From Octopus vulgaris (lineage: Eukaryota), in contig OX597824.1 of NCBI GenBank assembly GCA_951406725.2, forward strand, positions 58,528,001-58,592,000: DNA of 64,000 nucleotides, read 5' to 3'. The first letter of the stretch is position 1. Each line of letters opens with the position of its first letter. This document shows positions 27,137 to 41,169 of the stretch, in pieces. The notes under the pieces are model-generated. The model was not told the DNA's origin and did not search any database. It saw only the letters and a program-made list of their open reading frames with translations. The translations under genes and the position numbers were made by a program.

Positions 27137-27517
27137 TAACAATAACAATAACAACAATAATAATAAAACAATGATGTTAACAAAAAAGGAAAAACGGCGA
27201 TAACTATGTTTACAATAACAGCGATAAGAAATAATGAAAGCTTCGACTGAGACATCAAAAGGCAATTGACGACAAAGAGTAACATGTATACACACATACA
27301 TACATACATACATACATTCACATATGTATACATGTCTGTATGTGCGTATGCGTGTATGTATACATATATAAATTTTTAAGTATATGTGTGAATGTATATA
27401 TGTGTTTATATATATGTATATATATATATATGTGAGTGTATGTATATGTTTATATATATATATATATATATATTGTATAAAAGAAAATGAGATGACAGGA
27501 ATAAACGATTATTCATT

Positions 27518-27598
27518 AGCTTACAGCTGTTTCTGCTATAAGTTACAATGGGCTCAAAGTTGAGTGCCTGAGTAACACCTTATAGCTTCATCGGAGCC
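27518..27598 (-). ncRNA. type-I hammerhead (CCGAUGA core)
   Basis: Minus: ggct CCGATGA agctataag..cttatagca GAAA cagctg TA agct. An inverted partial copy lies at 27715-27790(+). Confidence 0.65.
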
Positions 27599-28029
27599 TC
27601 AAATATGAAGTGCAATTCATTTGGGAAAATAATTACACTTATGCAAATATATAGGTAAAAACATTACCAATGAGAAAGGAAACTCGTACGTGGGGTGTGA
27701 AAATCAAGGGCTCCTTCTGTAGCTGAAGCAGCTGTAAGCTAACGATGTCCATAACATAATCGTTTATTCCTTTGTCATTTCATTTTGTTATTACGGCTTC
27801 ATTCTGAAGCATGTGTATTTTACACAAGGTTAACTGGAGAAGAAAAAATGAAGCGACCTCAGCGAGAACGTCAACAACAAAACAACACTGACAAGAGAAG
27901 CCAGCGGCTTTTCAGTCAAACATTAAGAGGTGGGGGAGATGGATTTTGAACAGCCATTGAAGAACGACCAATTCATATTCCTACACTTCTTATAATTCGT
28001 TCATTCTTTTATCGTTTGCACTATCTTTT

Positions 28030-28229
28030 ATCTTTTGTCGAACCGCTATGTTACGGGGACGTAAACACACGAACACTGGTTGTCAAGTGCTGGTGGAGAT
28101 ACAAAGACACACAGATACAAAGACACACACACACATACATATGTGTAAGTGTGTGTGAGTATATATATATATATATTTATATATATGTCTATATCTATCT
28201 ATCTATCTATCTATATATATATATATATC

Positions 28230-28312
<83 letters not shown>

Positions 28313-28465
28313 ATATATATATATATATATATATGCACAACGGGTTTCTTTCAGTTTCTGCCTGTCCACTCACAAGGCTTAGTTCGTGCCCAAGGTGCTG
28401 TACAGTGGGACTGAACCAGGAACCATGAGGCTGGAAATGAAACTCCTTACTACACAACTACACCT
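28030..28465 (-). mobile_element. SINE family B (degenerate, with internal microsatellite)
   Basis: Matches the 33985-34471 copy. Confidence 0.7.
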
Positions 28466-28499
28466 CCATCTATATGTACATATAAAATAGCGAGTATAA

Positions 28500-28830
28500 T
28501 ATAATGCACATATGCAGTCAACCGTTTGTTTTGTATAAGAGGAAAATGGCCAACTGAGCCCGAATTACTGTCGTTGGATCTGGTATTGTTTCTTTCATTT
28601 TGGTTTGATGATTGTATGTTAAACTGAATACATGCTACCTCCATCAGGAGACCAGTGGTTGCCAGCATATTCCATTATCACTATAAAGTAAATATTTTCC
28701 TATTCTACTAAATTGAGTACTCCCAATATTATGGACCATAAATGATAACGAAAGTGCCAATACAAAACATTGCCAATGATTATGCACCCCAATACAAAGA
28801 TGGTGCTAATGATAATTAGTAAAGGTGAAA
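28500..28830 (-). pseudogene. very degenerate LINE reverse-transcriptase remnant
   Basis: G..QCFVLALSLSFMVHNI....LLYSDNGICW resembles PQGSVL.P.LF...ND...LYADD. Confidence 0.3.
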
Positions 28831-29211
28831 GTGATAACTTATGAGGCGAGTTTACTTTTAATGGAAAAACGAATTGAATAATTTTGGCACAGGAGCCAGA
28901 AACTTTGAGGAATGGAGGCAAGTTGATTGCAACTATTCAAGCACTTGACTGGTACTTGATTTTATTGACCCTAAAGGATGAAAGACAAAGCTGGCCTCGG
29001 CGGGATTTGTATTCGGAAGGTAAAAAGTCAGAAGAAATGCTGCAATGTATTTTCCTTGACGGCCAGTTCGCTGCCTTAATAAAAAAAAAAGAATATATGT
29101 GCATAAACATTTGATTTAATTCACTCACGTATACAGACAAACCTTTGGTAGCGATATAAGTTGGTCGGCTTGCAGAATATATACAAGCAAAATATTCTGT
29201 ATATCTTACGT

Positions 29212-29257
<46 letters not shown>

Positions 29258-30216
29258 CGTGCGCGCGCGCGCGTGTGTGTATGTGTTTCTGTGTGTGTGC
29301 ATGGAGTGTTGAGGATACCAAACTTATCCATGCACCACAACAGCATAAGATAAAAAACCTAAGATACATTAACAATAGCTAGAACAATATGGAGTAAATA
29401 ATAAAGAAGCCAGAAGACAATGTGGTAGCTTTATTATGCTTTATTATGCTAGTTGGTAACACCCAAAACCATAGGAAACCTCGTGACCTCAGCACATATG
29501 TTGGAATGCCAGAAAGTAAACAAATATGGCCATCCACCCCTAAAGTGAGGCACACCTACACGTGGGCAATAAATGTAAACGGGTGTGACTTAAAACAATA
29601 CTCCGAGTCTATCATTAAATATAGCCAACCCAGCTGTACCACGACCTGCAACTACCACAATATCAACAGCAATAGAACAACTACTGCAACAATGATAACA
29701 GCAACAAAGCTTGCTACAACAACACAACTATAGCAACAACAAGAAACAATTCAAACTCCTTAAAATAGAATTAGATGAACAAAACAATAACCTTAAGAAA
29801 AGAGTTCTTAGTATAGAAACACTGACCTGATGAGAGAGGGAGAGAGAGAGAGAGGAGAAAGAACTATAGGAAATGAGAGGAGGGAAGAGAGAGGGGGTGA
29901 AAGAACAATAGGGAATGAAATGAGGAAGAGAGGGAGAGAGAAGGTGAAAGAGAAATAAAGAATGAGGGGTAGGGCGAGGGAGGGGGTGAGAGTGAAATAG
30001 GGCATAAGAAGAGGAAAGAAGGAGCGAAGAGATAGAGAAAAGAGATGAGATAGAGAGAGGATGCGAGAGAAAGAAAGAGCTAGGGACAGAGAAAGATAAG
30101 GGTGAAGACAGAGATTGGGAGTGACAGAGACAGCAACAAGGAGAAAGAAAGGGAAAGAAATAAAGAAAGAGAGAGAGAGAGAGATGGGCGGGAAGTGAAA
30201 AGATAGAGGAAGAACA

Positions 30217-30314
<98 letters not shown>

Positions 30315-30499
30315 GCTGAAAAAGACAGAGAGAGATAGAGAGGTGTAAAGAGACATACATTGATCAATCTCCATTTAAGGTCATACAAATTCATTAACTA
30401 ACTTTTTTATTTATGTGTCGTTGCTTATCATTAGTTGAATTCTGAACTCCAATGTATCACTACAGTTTCCATCCTGCCTGATTGACATAAAATTGCTCG

Positions 30500-31100
30500 T
30501 AGATACGTTTCAACCATTAACCTACAGGCGTGCAGTTTCCCCTCTCTGCCTTTTCTTCTACTGTTATAATGACTTCGACTCTTTGGAGCTGACTGAGTAC
30601 ATGCCACTTTTACTTAGACTCTATCATCCCACTCGTCTCGCCTCCTTTCATAACCCATGTTATGTTTAACTCCCGACGTCTTACACTAATCTTTATGCCC
30701 AATCCTTCTCCTTCGTAGAACGTTAATCCTTTAGAATTCTCACCATGGTCATATTTTTCCCGCAGTCATTAACTTACAAATGGCACCAACGTCACCACTC
30801 TATGGAGGTTTGTGAAAGTCATAGGAACTATCTTTTCCTTCCAGGATGAGCATTTTACAAAAGACCATTAATCCTCATTGATTCTTAAGACAATATCATT
30901 AAGTCAATTTGATCATTACACCAAGATCGTTTAACCAAATTTAATTTCTAAAATGTATGAAAGAATGTACATAATTCGAACTCTTGTATCAATCTATCAA
31001 ACTGAATCCTGTTCACTCTTATGTTTTTTTTTATAGTAGGGTATAATTTGGATGCGTCCTGTTATGTCATTCTCAGTTTAAATCCTCCTTTCTCTTTGTT
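30500..31100 (+). pseudogene. very degenerate LINE RT remnant (CR1/Rex-Babar-like)
   Basis: QG.VSPLCLFFYCYND..VKVIGTIF..NLISKMYERMYIIRTL..LCFFYSRV. Confidence 0.35.
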
Positions 31101-31299
31101 CTATTTATAAAATAAAGTATATACTGTCACATATTGGTGTCAGTTTCATCCAGTATAATATATACTAGATGAAGCCACCCTCTCTCCAAAATTAGTAACT
31201 CCCTGGTATCCTTAATTATAGACTTTTACCTGCGTTCTAATCTCGGTGGTGTCAGTTATGATTTTCATATTTCCGAATTCGATAACACATGCAAGTATC

Positions 31300-31710
31300 G
31301 CATATAACAAAGCAATTCAGAGTTATGACAGATAAAATGCCCCAGAACAGTGTCATGATCTATGAAACACATTCAAACAATCCAGTTTTACGACCCATGA
31401 AATACAACCAAACAATCAACAATTATAAAGTATGAAATGTATCCAAATTATGCAGGGTTGTGAAGCTATATACGAAAACAACAGAGTTATGACCTATGAA
31501 GTATACCCAAAAATTCAAGGGTTAAGAATTCATTAAATATACCCAATCAACACCGGATTATGAGTCTATTTTATCAAAAACACACAGGGTTAGAACCACT
31601 GAAATATACCCAAACAATCAAGGGTTAAAAATCCATTAAATATACCCAAACAACACCCGGTTATAAGTCTATTATATCCAAACAACATAGGATTATGACC
31701 TCTGAAATAT
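31300..31710. repeat. degenerate ~35-bp minisatellite
   Basis: Recurrent unit atacccaaacaa..gggttatga.ctatgaaat, about 10 copies. Confidence 0.7.
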
Positions 31711-33029
31711 AGTAAATCAATTGTATCATGAGTGTAAGCCAATGAAATGTTGATCTTTACTTTAACTTACACATGACAAATGTAGTCCAATATTTTGTTT
31801 AGTAATTTTATTGTTGATACTGTTGTTAGAGTTCTATGTCGTTGTAGCATTGGCACAAATCAGAAAAAAGAGAATAATCTAAAGAAAATGGATCACAAAC
31901 AGGTGATTGGAGCAATTAGTTTACCATGGTGACTACAATATTAGCGATCACCCGAAATAAAGGAAGCAACAAGAGAACTAGACTCCCTTTCCGTTTTTTA
32001 CTCAGTGTGTAGTCAGAACCTAAGGGCAGGGCCTACCTTTGTTTATAGGGCTTCCGAGACTGGTGGGAGAAAGGGAGAAGTTATATATTAAAACTGAGGA
32101 CATGGCTAGAATGCATGCTTGCAACAATGTGGACTCCACTAAAGAAACCGAAGACATATGATTTACTAAACCGGATACCAGATTAAATATAGTACTAATG
32201 TAGGCCAGAGTAGGATTTGAACTCAGAAAGCAAACAATTAGAACAATTATATGTATGCATGCATGTATGTATTTCTATGTCAGAAACTTACCTCAGTACT
32301 TAATACCTTATAAAAAAAATTTAGTTTCCCGTTCCCCAGCATCCTTTCTGCCGGGACAATGTTTTTGTTTTTGTTTTCTATACTCACGTCTTTCTTTTCA
32401 TAATTTTTGTTCTTAGTTACGCAAATCAGATATATTCAGTTTGCGAAAACAACGTAGAACGCAATACAACACAATGTGTCTTAATATTCCACCTCAAAAT
32501 TCTTCAAAACTTTCTCGAATCCTCTTCATCCTACGTCATACTATCGACTATAGAAACTTGTCAAACGATCAATAAGTTTATTAAGTTTATTATATCAACC
32601 ATTTTAACCATCAATGAGATGAGCAAACATGATAGCACGAATATAAGATTCAAAACTCTCTCAAATCTCATGCTGCCATCTTAGGAAATGTTATAGCGGA
32701 ACTTGACTCAAACTAAATGGTTTTAAAGCAGAATTCTTAACTACAGAGCCATTTTGTCGCTATGTATATAATATTATGTATATATCTGACCTATGCAAAC
32801 GTCGAAAGTCAGCGTTAAAACAATATATAAATGTATATAAACTTACGCATTTGTATAAGTATGTAGATATATATGTTTATATACATGTTTATACAAATAC
32901 ATGCATACATACATACATACATACATACATGCATACATACATACATACATACATACATACATACGTACGCACATACATACATACATACGTACGCACATAC
33001 ATACATACATACATACATACATACATACA

Positions 33030-33060
<31 letters not shown>

Positions 33061-33184
33061 GTCTGAAAAGTTGTATACAAATCTACGTTGTAAGATCACA
33101 AGTGAATTTTGTCACGTACTATGTTTGTTCACTTTCACAATTGCATTGAACTTGGACTTTAAGGGTGTGAGTGAAAGAGTGTGC

Positions 33185-33228
<44 letters not shown>

Positions 33229-33984
33229 AAGAGAGGGAGAGAGAGAGAGAAAGAGAGGGAGAGAGAGAGAGAAAAAGAGAGAGAGAGAAACAGACAGACA
33301 GACAGACAGACAGAGAAAGACAGTGGTGAATGAATAACAGAGAGATAGACAGAAAGATACAGAAAGAGAAAGATGCTGTGGAGTAGAGACAAATGAGAGA
33401 TAAAAGGGGGTGGGTTGGAATGGTAGGAAACAAAAGTAGGATTTGGACATGAAAAACAGTTCAGGCTATCAGTCTTATAATTCTGTACAGAGGCGAATAA
33501 TTAGGTTCAGCCACCTGCCACTCAGACTGCATCTCACTTCAGATACAATAGAATGGTATTAGTGAGCAGGTGTCAGATGAACGACGAAACATTTTAGCAC
33601 TTCATAATACACTGAGCTATTGAAGAATAAACGAAATTAAGCCAGAAAAGAAATCTTTAATTTATATCACTGTTTCCTATACATCGAAGTGCATTTAAGC
33701 AGGGGGGAATCGGGTGTACGGCATACGCAAATCCCAAGAAGGGCGATCACATCTGTCATTTTCGTGAGTCCTTCCTGCGGTATTATTCTCCTCGACCTGA
33801 TACATAATATTCACAATATTCCTGCGGCAATATTTTCCTCGAACTGATTTTTAACACAGCATGTCCACGAAGAGGTTTTCTTTCAGGCCGTTCCACGCCA
33901 TGAACACACACACACGCGCGCGCGCACACACACACAAACACACACACACACACACAAACACACATTCACACAAATTTATATCTC

Positions 33985-34244
33985 TTTATTCTTTACTTGT
34001 TTCAGTCATTAGACTGTGGCCATGCTGGAGCACCGCATTTAGTCGAGCAAATCGACCCCAGGACTTATTCTTTGTAAGCCTAGTACTTATTCTATCGGGC
34101 TATTTTGCCGAACCGCTAAGTTACGGGGATGTAAACATACCACCATCGGTTGCTAAGCGCTGTTGGAGGGACAAACACAGACACACAAGCGTATACACAC
34201 ACATACATATAAGTGTATATATATATAAGTGTGTATATATATAA

Positions 34245-34288
<44 letters not shown>

Positions 34289-34471
34289 GTACATACATGC
34301 ATAAATGCGGCAGGCTTCTTTCAGTTTCCGTCAACCAAATCTACTCACAAGGCTTTGGTTGGCCCTAGGCTATAGCAGAAGACACTTGCCCAAGGTGCCA
34401 CGCAGTGGGACTGAACCCGGAACCATGTGGTTCTTAAGCAAGCTACTTACCACACAGCCACTCCTACGCCT
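33985..34471 (-). mobile_element. full-length SINE family B
   Basis: Minus head ggcgtaggagtggctgtgtggtaagtagcttgc..ggttccgggttcagtccc, a central microsatellite, and tail ccagcatggcc..gactgaaacaagtaaag. Confidence 0.85.
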
Positions 34472-34639
34472 ATTGTATGTATGCTTTTTCTTTTGGTTTT
34501 ATTTAAGTTCTTAAGAGTTTGCAAGACGATCGCTTGCAACAAGACTTTTTGAGTTAAGGGAGTTACCAGTGTAAATATGTGGTTCAGTCGGTGTGTTTGT
34601 TGATCTGTTGATTCATACTTCCAATTGTGTACTACTATT

Positions 34640-35190
34640 CGACTTAAGAATCTTAGATGGAGAAATTTTGGAATGTCGTACAAATGTTCACCGTGCAACT
34701 AATAGATTGGATTTGGAGAATACGTGTCTGTTTATTTAGCTTTTTCTTCGAAAAACCTAATATTTCTAGGTTTTTTTGTGTGTAAATTTGTAGGTATATA
34801 GCCTAATTGCCCCTATGATGATAAGTACAAATGTATATCTAGTCAGGGTATAGAGCTGTAAGTTCTACATTAGTTCACCACAAATGTTCTCTTTTACCTG
34901 GACTCCTGATGATACCGTCACTTCCGCTGGGCAGCTGACTACTACAACAGTGCATGACTTTTATTCCCTGTCCGACGGAAGAATATCAAGTCTGCTGTTT
35001 GCAGTGAATTGCATATTTTATGAGAGTGTTCCATCAGTGATTCTTGTTTTTTTTGTTGTTTTTTTGAAGGTCTGCAGAGATGTTGGTTCTGACATGCCTT
35101 TGATGTATCCTGCAGAGAGTGTTGAAAATAGTCTTTGAAACTATATGATGCCTCAGGGACAGTATCTCGTAGCCAATTTGGGCCAGCTGC
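34640..35190 (-). mobile_element. degenerate Dong/R4-like LINE 3' fragment
   Basis: LRHHIVSKTIFN..*WNTLIK.. followed by frameshifted RPD/KENIYG/LYPD/PIIIGA-like motifs. Adjacent to (GAA)n(CAA)n. Confidence 0.5.
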
Positions 35191-36119
35191 TTATGATATG
35201 CAAGAAGAACAAGAAGAAGAACAAGAAGAAGAAAAAGAAGAAGAAAAAGAAGAAGAAGAAGAAGAAGAAGAAGAACAACAACAAGAAGAAGAACAACAAC
35301 AACAACAACAAGCATAGACGTAGAAACAGAATCGTGCATCATGGGTAAACTTGTACCTCAGGTGTAAATCTATGGGTCTCCCACTGACACTACTCCCCTC
35401 TACCATTCATTGCCAGGATATGTGTCAAAGAATTTATTTAGAATCACCAGCTTGCAGATGTCAACTCATCACAAAAATGCATACTTACAGCTATGTTAAA
35501 ACGGGACATGTTGAAAGACACACATATTAATTTGTAAGTGGGTTTGCTATTTTTGTTTGTATATCATATGCATGCAGGTATGCAGGTATCTATTTATCTA
35601 CAAACACTTTCACACATACTTTGTGTGTGTATGCAAATATCTTTCATTTACCATCCATCGTTTACTTGTTTCAGTCATTAGATTGCGGCCATGCTGGGGC
35701 ATCGCCTTGATGAATTTTTAGTGGAATGCATCAATCTCAGTAACTTTTTAAAAACTGGTGCTTATTTTATCATTCCTTTTTACCGAACGGCTATATTACG
35801 GGGACGTAAACACACCAACACCGGTTGTCTGACGGTGGTGGAGACATATACATACACAATACACACACACACACGCGTACATACACACACACATATATAT
35901 AAATATGTATATACTACCGGCTTCTTTCAGTTTTCGTCTACTCAATCCACTAAGGTCTGCACAAGGTACCACACAGTGGGACTGAAAATGGAACTATGTA
36001 TGTACATAAATATACGTATTCATAAACATATAATAACTCCTGAGCTATTTTCAACTAACTTTAACCGTCATCTCTCTCTCTCTATCTTTATATATATACA
36101 TAAACAAACATACACGCAG

Positions 36120-36450
36120 ACGCATATAAGTGCCACTTCACCGGTTATGACGCCGGGAGTTGCAGTTGGTCCGATCAACGGAACAGCGTTCTCGTGAAAT
36201 TAGCATGCAAGTGGCTGAGCACCCACAGAGACGTATACTATTCAAGTAGTTCTCAGGATGATCCAGGACGGTACAGAATATGATACTGCTGGGCTTTTGA
36301 ATTACAGTAAAAGTCATTTTTGCCAGCTGAGTGGAGTGAGCAACGAGAAATAAAGCACCTTGTTCAAAGACAAAAGGCGCCGCTGGGAATTGAACTCACA
36401 GCCTGTTCGTGAACTGAATATCTTAACCACTAAGCTAAATGTTTTCACTA
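36120..36450 (-). mobile_element. tRNA-derived SINE (distinct family)
   Basis: Minus: tagcttagtggttaagatattc..gtgagttcaattcccagcggcg. Confidence 0.6.
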
Positions 36451-36473
36451 CACATTCATAATACATACATACA

Positions 36474-36506
<33 letters not shown>

Positions 36507-36924
36507 TTTATGCCTGTGTGTAAATGTACATACATATATATACACACACAAATACAAACAGACAAATTAAAACAGAAAAATAACGTTAAAATAAACAAAG
36601 ACTACTTAAAATAGACAAATACTGTTATATCAAGCGCCATAGAATATTACACGAGAAAATATTCCGGTCCTTTTCCGTAGAGGCATGTCTAATATGGAGG
36701 GTTGTTGATTCTAGAGATTATCTCCTCCTCTTATATGTAGGTGCTTCTAATTGCCATTTGGTAATTAACATGCATACTCAAGAAGCCGAGAAAATTTTAA
36801 TAAATTAAGAATGTATATTGTATGACATTTGATGTACTTGTATATCTATCGACGTTCAGATGCATTTGGATGTGCACACACACACACACACACACTTGCA
36901 TATAAGCTGTTTCTCTGGCATTAA

Positions 36925-37327
36925 GAATACTTTTCTACTCAGGCACAACGCCAAAAATTTTTGGGGAGGGGTCCAGTCGAGTAGATCGACCCCAGTACGG
37001 AACTGGTACTTAATTTATCGACCCCGAAAGGATGAAAGGCAAAGTTAAACTGAATTTGAAATCAGAGCGTAAAATCAGACGAAATACCTATTTCTATTTC
37101 TTTACTATACACAAGGGGCTAAACACAGACGGGACAAACAAGGACAAACAAACGGATTAAGTCGATTATATCGACCTCAGTGTGTAACTGGTACTTAATT
37201 TATCGACCTCGAAAGGATGAAAGGCAAGGTCGGCCTCGGCGGAATTTGAACTCAGAACGCAGCGGCAGACGAAATACGGCTACGCATTTCACACGGCGTG
37301 CTAACGATTCTGCCAGCTCGCCGCCTT
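36925..37327 (-). mobile_element. SINE family A, two tandem/nested copies
   Basis: Two blocks of ctggtacttaatttatcgacc.cgaaaggatgaaaggcaa; head ends at gccagctcgccgcctt. Confidence 0.8.
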
Positions 37328-37409
37328 ATTAAGAATACATTATGTAAGAAAATATGATGTATGTAGGTATGAATGTGTACATAAAGCACGAAAAAGCAAG
37401 TCACGTGGC

Positions 37410-37800
37410 TTATTATAAGGTTTTAATTCTAAATTACTGTATGCTACTGATTCATTTTTCAACCAATTTCACACCAAATCTTGATTTCTTGAATTCCAAG
37501 ACTTTTCTTAGACATTACTGGTACAATATTTCACAAGCTCCTCTTTATATTTACATATTTAATATTTTCGTATACATATATATTTTATAAACGTTTATAT
37601 GTTTTACTATTTTGCTTATCTTTCCTGTGATATGGTAGACTTCGGAGTATTCCATTCCAATCACTTCTTCTGTTGGTTTTCTTCCTAGTATACATTTTTT
37701 CTCGAATTCTTGAAATCTTAGATTTCATTTTATAGCCATTGTTCAACAACGATCTTCATTGCAGTTTCAGAGATTCGGCAAATGAAACAGCGGTAAATTA
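37410..37800 (-). mobile_element. degenerate L1/Tx1-like LINE 3' end
   Basis: CFICRISETA.. resembles the start of a zinc knuckle, followed by decayed C-terminal sequence. Confidence 0.3.
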
Positions 37801-38282
37801 CACACTCTTTCCGTACATAATACATACATACATACATACATACATACATACATACATACATACATACATACATACATACATACATACATACACATACATA
37901 CATACATACATACATACATACATAAATACATATAACAGGATTCAAACTTAGTAACACTTGTATATCTCCAGTGGTATATATAAACACACGCTACAGACGT
38001 TCGTTGATATAATTTCCTCGTTGCTGTGCTTTATCTGTGTCTATTCCACGCGATGGCTTTGATGTGGTATTACTGCCACGCACGATTGACTTGTATCTCT
38101 ATTAAATTAGATTGTTTTCGAGGTTTCAATAGATATTTATAAGAAACAGCTGCTTGATTAGTGTTAATATGCAAATATAGACACTTGCATGCGCGCGTGT
38201 CTTTATTTACATACATACATACATACATGCATACATACATAGAAACACACACACACAGACATCCCCACACATACATCTATAT

Positions 38283-38612
38283 AGGTGCCGGCGTGGCTAT
38301 GTGGTAAAAAAACTTACTTCCGAACCACATGGTTTTGGGTTCAGTCCCATGACACCTTGGGCAAATGTCTTCTACTATAGTTCCGGGCTCACCAATAGAC
38401 AGAAATTGAAAGAAATCCGTCATATATATATATATAAATATATTTATATGTACGTCTTTGAGTTTGTGTTTGTCTCCTCCACAACCACCACCACCACTAC
38501 CACCACGTGGGGGCCAGTTTTGGTTTACTACGTCCCCGTGGTTTAGCAGTTCGGTAAAAGGAGATCAATAAGTACCAGAGTCGATTCATTTGACTAAAAC
38601 TTTCTTCAAGGC
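38283..38612 (+). mobile_element. SINE family B
   Basis: ggtgccggcgtggctatgtggtaa..gggttcagtccc..accttgggcaaatgtcttc. Confidence 0.75.
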
Positions 38613-39166
38613 AAAACGGATAATATGTGTGTGTGTACATATGTGTGCGTGTGTCTGCGTGTGTGTGTATGCATAAGCATACATATTTACATATATATAG
38701 TTTTTGCATATGTGTATATATGTGAGTGTTTTCGATGGCCGCTGATCTAATAGTTAAATAGTTCACTTCACACTTATGAAAAGAAGGAGGAGGAGGGGGA
38801 GGAGGAAGAGAAGAAGAAGAAGGAGAAGAAGAAGAAGAAGAACAACAACAACAACAACAGCAACAACAACAACAGCAACAACAACAACAGCACCGGGTGC
38901 AGACGTAGGAACAAAATAGTGTGCCGAGGGTTAACTGCATTATTTGGAAAGATTTTTTTGCCTTTTGCATTAATGCAGACATGTAAATAATGTATTTATT
39001 ATTAAATATAACAACATAAATTATTTAAATGTTTTTAAGTTATGAAAAAATTTGTCATAACATTTGAATGTTCTTATTGCTAAATAAAATTTCATCAAAC
39101 AATTTCTCTGTCATTTATCACTTTATACTGTTTATCGTTTTGTCTTGTATCGTAATTTATACTCTA

Positions 39167-40338
39167 CTAGCAGTATCGCCCGGCGTTGCTCGGGTTGTAA
39201 GGGAAATAACTATATAAGCATTTTTAGAGAGTTATAGCCAAAAAATAGCAAAAAAATGCATTAAAAATTGAAAAAAAATTAAGGTAAATTTTTTTTTTAA
39301 ATCGTTGACACGTAGATATTTTTAGAAAGTTACTTCCCTTATATAAAAGCGAAAAAAATGCATTAAAATGGAAAAATATGATGGTAAATTTTTTAAAATC
39401 GTAGACTCATCGTAGACGCGCGCTAATACCCAGAAGGGCTCGATATGAATCACGACTATAAGATACCCGCTTTTGGTTAAACTGCACCGCAAAATGTGGG
39501 AGTAGTTACGATTCTAAATCGTAGGAGACAGACACACAACTTCACTCTTATATAAAGATGCCTTTTTTTTTCAGTCATAGAGTTAGATTTATGAAGGTCT
39601 TCAGTAGAAAATCCTTCGAATTCTGACTCGCTGCTTGATATAATGAAATTCGTATCCATTTTTTGTCAGAATTACAAATTTTGAAAACACAATAGGAACA
39701 AATTTCGGAAAAAAATCTCCCATAATTCACGGAATTAAAATTACACTTCGATTTTTGTACAAAACTGTATTTGAAGTGTTTACGAAGTATAATACGTGTT
39801 TTCACGAATGTACTAAAGAGATTTACTCTGATATTCTCATTTAAATATGAATAGGTAAATTCGGGCGGTTTGGTAACGAAAGGGTTTATATAAGTGTCGT
39901 ATGTTTATACATAAACACTGTTTCATACTTTCAGTTTAGTCTTCCTCAAATCACTCTGTCGCTATTTACTCTCTTCCAAGAACATTTTCACTCACTCTTA
40001 TCTGTTAGCTTGCCATACATTTTACTCATGTATGTATCAGCGTGATAGACAGAAACAAATATTACATCTAGTTTCACTTTATTCGTTGCACACTGTGCGT
40101 GTGCGTTTGCGTGTGCTGTAAACCAGACTAAGAAAAGCATTTGACATACACACCAGAATGTGAGTTTTCTGTAAATTTTGCTTAATTGGAGTTTAAATTT
40201 TAAAAACTAGACCTGGCAACACCCGATGCATTCTACTCTTAAAAATGCTAGGTAAATTGTAATTGAAAAAATCCTATATTGTAGATTTCTATAACTGACA
40301 AAGGGAGGCAGATAAAATCTGCCTTTTATAATAAGAGA
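39167..40338 (-). mobile_element. non-autonomous Helitron (long form)
   Basis: Reverse complement of the 10291-11842 family: TC start at 40338, hairpin plus CTAG at 39167. Confidence 0.8.
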
Positions 40339-40959
40339 TATATGCGCATGTGTAGTATGCCATGCAAACTTCAGTTATTGGCTACCTGATATCTTATGCA
40401 GTGGAAAGGCTCTTGCTACTGAATACACACTAGGAATTCCATGGTATCTGTAGAGTTTATGTAAACAGATAAATGATAGGAAATTGATTGAACAACATTC
40501 TTAATTTAAAATTCACAACAATTGTTTCCAAACATTTTTACACTCGTCGTACATTGGTTCGATGACCTTATTAATATATTGGATAATCCCTGTCATCCAT
40601 CCAAGAACTAAGATCCGCTTCTTCGGAGGATACTTTAAATAGTTCCTACTATCATTCCACACAAAATCGTACATACGTATGCATTTATGTACATATATCT
40701 ATATGTATAGTGTATGTATATTTATACTGATGATGTATCTGGCGAATCGAGTTTGAGTCACCGGCGTGGAAGTTGAATTATGAACCCTGCAGCATACATT
40801 GTGTACTCTTTCTTCAATCGGTTAACGCACATCAATGAATACATACTCACATATTTGCACATACACACACACACACACACATACACACACACATATATAT
40901 ACATACATACATACATATATATATATATATTATTTTCTCTCCCTGTTTATTTCTGTTTT

Positions 40960-40996
40960 CCTTTCTGTCGAAGAGCGTAGGCTCGAAACGTAAAGG
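40960..40996 (+). ncRNA. minimal hammerhead-like motif (CUGUCGA core) in a ~150-bp repeat
   Basis: ccttt CTGTCGA a gagc gtag gctc GAAA cg TA aagg. A second copy lies at 51995-52035(-). Confidence 0.5.
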
Positions 40997-41097
40997 ACTT
41001 TCCCACTTCCCGAGCATTAAAGTAATACACCTGTTTGTTGTTTACACACCCGTCTTCGTCTTTTCTTTTTGTAAATTATCACTCTCTCTCTCTCTCT

Positions 41098-41169
<72 letters not shown>

